A stretch of 64,000 nucleotides of DNA from Elusimicrobia bacterium RIFOXYA12_FULL_51_18 (GTDB lineage Bacteria > Elusimicrobiota > Elusimicrobia > Elusimicrobiales > UBA9959), in NCBI GenBank assembly GCA_001800245.1, contig MGVA01000028.1:66328-130327 (forward strand), read 5' to 3'. The notes beneath the pieces were generated by a model, which saw nothing but the letters and a program-made list of their open reading frames with translations, had not been told where the DNA came from and did no database searches. Positions 57,851-64,000 of this stretch are shown in pieces (position 1 is the stretch's first letter; every line of letters begins with the position of its first letter). The position numbers were made by a program, and so were the translations under genes.

Positions 57851-58163
57851 TCCTCCCTGCTAAAGGCCGGCATAAGCGGGTTCCACTTCCATGACCTGCG
57901 CCCATACCTTCGCCAGCTACTTCATAATGCGTACAGGCAACCTGCTGTCCATACAGAACCTCCTGGGGCATTCTACGCCCCTTCTGACACAGCGCTATGC
58001 CCACCTGTACAACGCGCATTTAAAGGAGAATATGGAGAAACTGGACGCTGGATGGTCACCTGTATGGACACTTGGCCCGTCGAGCGCCTTAACTCCGATT
58101 CAGAAAAATGCTAACATTAACAATGAAGAAGATACCACAGATGCCGCGGTAGCTCAGTGGTAG
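57851..58163 (+). pseudogene. Tyrosine integrase C-terminal remnant
   Basis: 'KAGISGFHFHDLR' / extra C at 57901-03 / 'HTFAS...LLGHS...TQRYAHL'; N-terminal part missing. Confidence 0.88.
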
Positions 58164-58214
58164 AGCACTGGTCTGAAAAACCAGGTGTCGTTGGTTCGAT
58201 CCCAACTCGCGGCA
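58143..58214 (+). tRNA. tRNA-Phe(GAA)
   Basis: Acceptor GCCGCGG/TCGCGGC, anticodon arm CTGGT-CTGAAAA-ACCAG, T-arm GTTGG-TTCGATC-CCAAC; CCA not encoded. Confidence 0.96.
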
Positions 58215-58309
58215 CGTTTTAATGTTGTTCTCCCAACCGGAGCCGATGGCCGTCAGGCGGCGGCCCAGCAAAGGACCAGGATGCATTTTAGGAAGGATAA
58301 CTGAGAACT

Positions 58310-58681
58310 ATGCCCCTTGTAAGCAAGATCCTTATAGCCGACGATGACAATGAGATGCGGGAAAGCCTTGTGGCGCTGCTGACGCAGGCCGGCTATCTTG
58401 TAATAGAGGCGGAGAACGGCCTGGAAGCCGTGCAGTCGGCGAAAAAAGAGCTCCCGGCTCTTATTCTCCTGGACATTCACATGCCTAAGATGAATGGGTT
58501 GGAAGCCTGCAAGGTTATAAAGTCCGATCAGATCACCAAACACATCCCTGTTGTAATGCTGACCGTAGAAGGGAGCATAGCGGAGATCCAGGAAGCTATA
58601 GGTTACGGCGCCCGGACCTACCTGACCAAGCCCTCCAGCAAAGAAGAGATCCTTAAAGTAGTAAAAGGAGTTCTTTGCTAG
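58310..58681 (+). CDS. Single-domain response regulator
   Basis: ILIADDD, LLDIHMP, MLT, TKP. Confidence 0.92.
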   Translation: MPLVSKILIADDDNEMRESLVALLTQAGYLVIEAENGLEAVQSAKKELPALILLDIHMPKMNGLEACKVIKSDQITKHIPVVMLTVEGSIAEIQEAIGYGARTYLTKPSSKEEILKVVKGVLC

Positions 58682-58854
58682 TCTGTGATTGCATCGGAAC
58701 CATGCCAGGTGATTAATTTAAAAGTGGATCCCGCCGTAACTATTTTCCCATATAAGATAAAACACCGCCTTTTTAGATCCTCGAAGGGGCCCGGATTCAA
58801 ATTTGAGCTTCCAAATGCCCGTACGATTCCATTACAGGCCTTAATCTGGGGGGA

Positions 58855-60288
58855 TTGATGGTTTGCCGGTTTAGCCTGTTGAATGTCTGGAAACCCATCC
58901 TTATCGCGTCGCTTTGCTGCGCCGCTTTTTGGCCCACTCTGCGTGTCGGATTCATGCTCGATGACCCGTTCCTGCTCCGTGCGGTCGAACGCGCCCCGGC
59001 TCTGAGCCTCAAGGGCCTGCGGTCCGATTTTACCGATAATGTTTACAAAGAGCCGGGTACGTTCTACTACCGCCCTCTTTTATCGGTAATGGTCCGGCTG
59101 GAATACTTTTTCTGGGGCCGGAATCCGGCTGGTTATCATGTCGTTTCTCTGTTGTTCCACATAGCAAACGCCATACTTGTCTTTTCCCTATTGACATTGC
59201 TTGAGTTCGAGCCACATGTCGCTCTCTTTACCGCCTGCCTCTTCGCGGTGAACCCGGTCATCGTAGACGATCTATTGGCCGCCACGGGGGGGGAGTCAAT
59301 GGCTAATTTTTTCCTCCTTACCGCGCTTATCCTGTATTTAAATAAAAAATGCGCCTGGGCCTGGCTGGTGTCTTTCCCCGCGCTGTTCGCGAAAGAGAGC
59401 AATGTCATGCTTCCGGCGCTCTTGCTCCTATGCTTTGTCTATCAGGGGCGTATTCGAAAGGAGTACTGGAAAGTTCTGTCGCTGCTGCCGGTGTGCGGTT
59501 TTTTTCTTGTCATGCGTCATTGCTATGTCGCTTCTCCGGAGGATATCGCGGTGTTTCCAATGCTGAGGTTTATGCTGGAGGCTTTTCCGCGCATCGTTTT
59601 TTATTATCTGCGGGTCTTGTTGTTTCCCTGGGAACTTGAAACCTGGCCGCCTGTTTTTCCTTTGTCGCCTTTCTGGTTCCTTATTCTTCCCGGCGGCGCG
59701 GCTTTTATCGCCGGTTTGTTCATGCTGCCGGTCCGCAGGCGGATCACGGCGTTTTGCGTGGGCTGGTTTTTTCTGCTGATGGCGCCGCGGATCCCCGCCA
59801 TTCTGCATAATCAGGTGCTTATGGATAAGTGGATCTTTATGGCGTCGCCGGCGGTCTTTGCGCTGCTGCTTGCTCTTCTTGTGAAGATCTGGGATCACCC
59901 CTCGCCTTATCTGCGAGCTCTCCCCCGGGGCGCGGTTGCGGTAATAATCATTTTTTGGGCGTCCCTGGCGCAGGCCAACGTCAAATTAAGAGGCTCTGAT
60001 GAGAAAAATTATCGGTGGACGATTCGCAACGGCCCCCGGAGTTTCGCGAGTTATCGTCTGGGCGTGATCTTATTGCAGGAGGGCCGGGCGGAGGAGGCGG
60101 TCCAGGTCTTAGAGCCTCTGCCCGGGCTATACCCGGACCAGCCGGATCACCAGAACGCATACGCTATGGCCTTGTGGCATAGCGGCCGACACAAAGAAGC
60201 GCGGATACTCATGGAGGCTCTGGAAAAGAGCTATCCCGGATCAGCGGCGATAAAAGAAAACGCCGCAAGAATTCGCGCCGGACGTTAA
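58855..60288 (+). CDS. TMTC-like GT-C membrane glycosyltransferase with C-terminal TPR
   Basis: 'GFMLDD', 'YYRPL', 'GYHVVSLLFH..N', 'AKES', TPR tail. Confidence 0.75.
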   Translation: MMVCRFSLLNVWKPILIASLCCAAFWPTLRVGFMLDDPFLLRAVERAPALSLKGLRSDFTDNVYKEPGTFYYRPLLSVMVRLEYFFWGRNPAGYHVVSLLFHIANAILVFSLLTLLEFEPHVALFTACLFAVNPVIVDDLLAATGGESMANFFLLTALILYLNKKCAWAWLVSFPALFAKESNVMLPALLLLCFVYQGRIRKEYWKVLSLLPVCGFFLVMRHCYVASPEDIAVFPMLRFMLEAFPRIVFYYLRVLLFPWELETWPPVFPLSPFWFLILPGGAAFIAGLFMLPVRRRITAFCVGWFFLLMAPRIPAILHNQVLMDKWIFMASPAVFALLLALLVKIWDHPSPYLRALPRGAVAVIIIFWASLAQANVKLRGSDEKNYRWTIRNGPRSFASYRLGVILLQEGRAEEAVQVLEPLPGLYPDQPDHQNAYAMALWHSGRHKEARILMEALEKSYPGSAAIKENAARIRAGR

Positions 60289-60370
60289 CCCGAATCCCGC
60301 AGTTCAACAGTTCCGCGAAGGGAAAAATTCAACTGAAATAATTTTCCGAGTTCCGAACGGGGAATCCGGG

Positions 60371-61561
60371 CTACAACACTTTTATGAGCGCGAAATGGAG
60401 GTATTCCGTTTCCGGCATATTCAGCAGTATCGGGTGGTCTTTGGCCTGGGCCCGCAGTTCCATCAGCACGGCCATGCGGCCGGCTTTGGCGGCGGCTTCT
60501 CCCAGGATGTCTATGAAGACCTCGCGTGAGATGTGGTGGGAGCAGGTTGAGAAGGCGAGCAGGCCACCGGGGGGCAGGCCCGCCATGGCGGTGGAGTTGA
60601 GCCGTACCAAAAGCTTGGCCGCCTGGACCAGATTTTTTTTGCCTCTGACGAAGTTCGGAGGGTCCAGGAGTATGAAATCCGGGCTTTCCGGCATTTCGCC
60701 GCTCTGAAGCCCGCTCAGCACGCGCTCCGCGTCTTCTTTCCTGAAAATGACCTTGTTCTGAAGGTCGTTAATCTCCGCGTTCTTTTCAGCCGCCGCGACC
60801 ACAGCGGAGGAAGAGTCCACGCCCCAGACCATTTCAGCTCCGGAGGCCGCGGCTGTCAGGGCAAAAGCGCCAAGATAAGTGTAGAGGTCCAGGACTTTGC
60901 GGCCCTTGAAATAGGGCTTCAGAAAAGCCCTGTTCTCGCTTTGATCGAAATACCAGCCGGTCTTCTGCCCCGAGGTGAGGGGGACATCGTATTTTAGGCC
61001 GTTCTCGGTTATCCGGACGGAGGCCGGGATATCGCCATAGGCGGTTTCCGTGTAAAGCTTCAGGCCCTCCAGTTTCCGGAAGTCGTGGCTGTTCCGGTAG
61101 TAGATGCCGCGCGGTTTATAAATTGCGCGCAGGTGTTTGGTTATCTCATCCTTAAGCATCTCGGCGCCGGCGGAAATTATTTCCACCACCAGGATATCCG
61201 AGTATTTATCCACTACCAGTCCCGGCAGGCCGTCTGACTCTCCGAAGAACATCCGGCCGTTTTCCGTGATCCCCATACTCTTGCGGTACTCCATGGCCCG
61301 GTTAAGCCTGGCATGTACGAAATCCGCTTCCATTTCCAGTGTTCCGGTTTTCAGGAGCCGGACAGCGATCAGGCTGTGGGGGTTGAAAAAACCGATGCCG
61401 GCCGGCTCTCCGGAGCCGCGGAGTACGGCGCAGATCTCGCCCGGGGTTATGGTCGTGTCTATTTTCTCCAGTTCGTTTGAAAATATCCAGGGATGGCCCT
61501 TTTGAAGACGCCTTTCTCCTGAGAATTTAAGCTTTAATGTTTTAATCGCTGATTTTTGCAT
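60371..61561 (-). CDS. RlmI/RlmK-family rRNA methyltransferase
   Basis: GHPWIFSNE, ESDGLPGL, GQKTG, LDPP. Confidence 0.9.
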   Translation of the reverse strand: MQKSAIKTLKLKFSGERRLQKGHPWIFSNELEKIDTTITPGEICAVLRGSGEPAGIGFFNPHSLIAVRLLKTGTLEMEADFVHARLNRAMEYRKSMGITENGRMFFGESDGLPGLVVDKYSDILVVEIISAGAEMLKDEITKHLRAIYKPRGIYYRNSHDFRKLEGLKLYTETAYGDIPASVRITENGLKYDVPLTSGQKTGWYFDQSENRAFLKPYFKGRKVLDLYTYLGAFALTAAASGAEMVWGVDSSSAVVAAAEKNAEINDLQNKVIFRKEDAERVLSGLQSGEMPESPDFILLDPPNFVRGKKNLVQAAKLLVRLNSTAMAGLPPGGLLAFSTCSHHISREVFIDILGEAAAKAGRMAVLMELRAQAKDHPILLNMPETEYLHFALIKVL

Positions 61562-61651
61562 AGGGTAGTGTTCCTTAAATTGCCGCGTGTAGTTGTCCTG
61601 GTAGTTATAAATAAAAAACGGCTTAAATGCTATCCTGGAGTTAATAGTCCG

Positions 61652-62434
61652 CTAATCTAGGGACATTATAGCTTCCACGTCGCTGCCGGCTTTTACGCCG
61701 AATGCTTTGGCGAAATTCCCGTTCCTTATGGAAAACTCCAGGAAGCCGAAGGAGCCTATAAGAGCCAGCGGTTCTCCTTCTGTTACGGAGGCGTAAGTGA
61801 GTTTGAGTCCTTTGACTAGTCTGTCCGAAACGGTGAAAATAGATTTTGCGCTGAGATATTGCTGCGTGATGTTGGTGATGGCGTTGCCGAAATGGTCCAC
61901 CGCTATGACTTTGCCCATGACCCGGTTTCCGGTTTTTTCCGGGCGGGGGTAAGGGAATTTCCTATAGTCCCGTAATACCGGGCCGATATTTTTCTCCGGA
62001 AGGCCTTTGGCTATGGCCGCCGCCACCGGGGCCATAATGTCCCGGCCGTGGAAGGTGGAACTGATGCGCGGCAGGAAAAGCGCGGAATTGTTTATAAAGC
62101 GGACCTCTTTTATCTTCTCGCGCTCGTCCACCCAGCTCAGAATACCGTTATCAGGGGCTATAAATTGGTGGTTCCTGGTCTTGGCCCACAGAATGCCGCG
62201 GCCCATGCCTACCGTGGGATCTACAACCGTAATAAAAAGCGTGCTTTTGGGCATGTAGGGCATGGCCGCCATCAGATAGAAAGCGGCGGCCTGTATGTCC
62301 TGCGGCGGTATCTGGTGCGTGATGTCTATGATCGTAAGCCCCGGAGCTTTGGCCAGGATAACGCCTTTCATTGTGCCCACGAAAGGATCGTTGGTGCCGA
62401 AATCGGAAAGCAGGGCTATGAATTTGGTTTTCAT
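61652..62434 (-). CDS. SAM hydroxide adenosyltransferase (DUF62; chlorinase/fluorinase superfamily)
   Basis: SDFG, VVDP, PDNG, STFHGRD, DHFGN. Confidence 0.9.
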   Translation of the reverse strand: MKTKFIALLSDFGTNDPFVGTMKGVILAKAPGLTIIDITHQIPPQDIQAAAFYLMAAMPYMPKSTLFITVVDPTVGMGRGILWAKTRNHQFIAPDNGILSWVDEREKIKEVRFINNSALFLPRISSTFHGRDIMAPVAAAIAKGLPEKNIGPVLRDYRKFPYPRPEKTGNRVMGKVIAVDHFGNAITNITQQYLSAKSIFTVSDRLVKGLKLTYASVTEGEPLALIGSFGFLEFSIRNGNFAKAFGVKAGSDVEAIMSLD

Positions 62435-62531
62435 AATGAGCCGGACGTAATGCTTATGTCAGAAGGCGCAAGGTTGAATCAAAAAACAGAAAGGATAGAG
62501 ATTCCTTCAGCCTAGGAGCCTTTCCGACGCC

Positions 62532-63131
62532 TTACGCCTGTTCAGTGTGCGTGTGATGGACCGTTGATCCCGGTATGGTAAGGGGCATCTTTTGTTTGCA
62601 CAGCGGACAGTTATCGGAAGTGAAAAGCTGCAGAGGATATGAGATAAGGCCGCGTACCGGCACGTTAAGAGACAGATCTGCGGTGGAGCGGTCCACGATG
62701 GCCACTACGCCGATCACCTTGGCGCCGTAGCCTCTGGCCAGGTTTATGGCTTCCGAGCACAGGCGGCCGGTGTTCAATACATCGTCTACGATGAGCGCGC
62801 GTTCGCCTTCGGCTATCTTGAAATCCCTCTTGAGGACCATCACTCCGTTTATGCGCTCGGTGAAGATGGAGCGGGCTTTTTTAACACGGGCTATTTCCTG
62901 TCCTATGCTCATGGAGCCTACGGAGGGGGAGATCACCACGTTTATCTCCTGGGGGAATTTTGAGGCCATCTCCCGGGCCACTTTCTGCGCCAGGTTTGGA
63001 TACTGCATTACCAGCGAGGTCTGGATATAGGTCTGCGTGTGGAATCTGGAAGGGAGCTGGAAATGTCCGTTTAAAATAGCTCCGTGCTCCTGAAGCAGCC
63101 CCACCACGTCAAATTTTCCCAGTTTAGACAT
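62532..63131 (-). CDS. pyrE: Orotate phosphoribosyltransferase-like protein with altered motifs
   Basis: GHF.L.S, IFTER, VDDVLNTG, IVDRS, CPLC...PGS tail. Confidence 0.75.
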   Translation of the reverse strand: MSKLGKFDVVGLLQEHGAILNGHFQLPSRFHTQTYIQTSLVMQYPNLAQKVAREMASKFPQEINVVISPSVGSMSIGQEIARVKKARSIFTERINGVMVLKRDFKIAEGERALIVDDVLNTGRLCSEAINLARGYGAKVIGVVAIVDRSTADLSLNVPVRGLISYPLQLFTSDNCPLCKQKMPLTIPGSTVHHTHTEQA

Positions 63132-63133
63132 TG

Positions 63134-64000
63134 TTATTTACCTCCAGCAGCAAATTCATCTATTTTCGCCGAATCTATCCCAACGCCCTTCTTTATAGCT
63201 TCCGCAATGATACTGCCCGCTTCCTTGGGCCGCATCATGTTGATAGTAGGTTTATTCATTTTGCCTTCTATCGTGAAAGCCAGGGCCGGCTTCCCGCTGG
63301 CATCGGTCATGGTCTCCGGCAGGCTGCCCATGGAATAATACTTATCTGATATTGTATAAACTTTTAACCTGATATTCTCGTTCGCCAGGTCTAAAGTGCC
63401 GGTAGTGTAGATGGAAAACTCCTTGCCGGCCATGTAGAAATTACGGATGTTAATGTTTCCGGAGTCCAGCGTATATTCGCCTCCTATGGAGTTGAAATTC
63501 ACGTCATTCAGTTTGTAGCCGAACTTGAGCGCGCCCATTCTGTTGAGACGGTACATGGTAAGGATCGGGAGAGAAAAAATGTAGTAGATCCGGTCCTGTT
63601 CCGAAGTCTGCTGCACGTCATAGAAGGTTCCTCCGCCGGACTTTATGGAAACGTCCCCTTTCAGTTTTTCCAGCCGGCCGGTTATGTCTCTTAGGTTGGC
63701 TGTGAGGTAGAAGTTATTGGCGTAGAAATATTCGTGTTTAAGGAAGTCGGCCTTGTAGAGCAGGCGGAAAACCGCGAAGCCGGAAGGGATGGAGTTCTTG
63801 ACCGTTTTTATCCAGGCCAGTTTGGACTCATAGAGAGGCGAAGCTTTCCTCGTCCGGACTTTTTTTATTTCCAGCAGGAAGTCCCGCCCTTCTTTGATGT
63901 CAAGGCGTTTGGAGTAGCCGGTGAAATAAGCGGTTTTTTTATCGGTAAGAGGGTTCAGGATCGTAAGCCTGCCCTTCAACGGCGCCCCGTCCCAGCGGGC
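63134..64000 (-). CDS. AsmA-like protein, C-terminal part (truncated by the window end)
   Basis: 'GTLDLANENIRLKV...LAFTIEGKMNKPTI' AsmA-type tail. Confidence 0.6.
   Translation of the reverse strand, partial: ARWDGAPLKGRLTILNPLTDKKTAYFTGYSKRLDIKEGRDFLLEIKKVRTRKASPLYESKLAWIKTVKNSIPSGFAVFRLLYKADFLKHEYFYANNFYLTANLRDITGRLEKLKGDVSIKSGGGTFYDVQQTSEQDRIYYIFSLPILTMYRLNRMGALKFGYKLNDVNFNSIGGEYTLDSGNINIRNFYMAGKEFSIYTTGTLDLANENIRLKVYTISDKYYSMGSLPETMTDASGKPALAFTIEGKMNKPTINMMRPKEAGSIIAEAIKKGVGIDSAKIDEFAAGGK

Larger units (their letters stand above)
50842..58214. mobile_element. Decayed genomic island integrated at tRNA-Phe
   Basis: Bounded by the tRNA fragment and the intact tRNA; AT-richer cargo, AbiE TA pair, integrase remnant. 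Confidence 0.7.

Noticed and set aside
61652-62434. Halogenase (fluorinase/chlorinase) biosynthetic function
   Set aside because: Housekeeping context and the STFHGRD motif fit the common SAM hydrolase (DUF62).

Overview
A GC-rich bacterial chromosomal window. Gene content and protein style suggest Elusimicrobiota, but this is inference and unverified. The left 25.6 kb is a co-oriented locus: a FecR-domain protein, an outer-membrane beta-barrel, a giant 6774-aa modular surface protein ending in a T9SS-CTD/FlgD-like domain, and a PorV/FadL-family barrel. This is the best candidate for an undescribed secretion/surface-display system. The middle is mostly housekeeping (valS, hemW, SPFH, nusB, ligA, kbl, GH57, RluA, lgt, eno). 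It includes three intact but motif-degenerate enzyme homologues (PurH-, PGM/PMM- and PyrE-like) and a small decayed insertion (frameshifted YhcG nuclease plus an orphan gene fragment). An unexplained 89-nt hairpin lies at 43.2 kb. A ~7.3-kb island (50.84-58.2 kb) sits between a degenerate tRNA-Phe 5' half and an intact tRNA-Phe. It carries an MFS/GNAT-methyltransferase/hybrid kinase operon, an AbiE toxin-antitoxin pair and a broken integrase whose frame runs into the tRNA. All family calls come from motifs recognised by eye; no searches were run.
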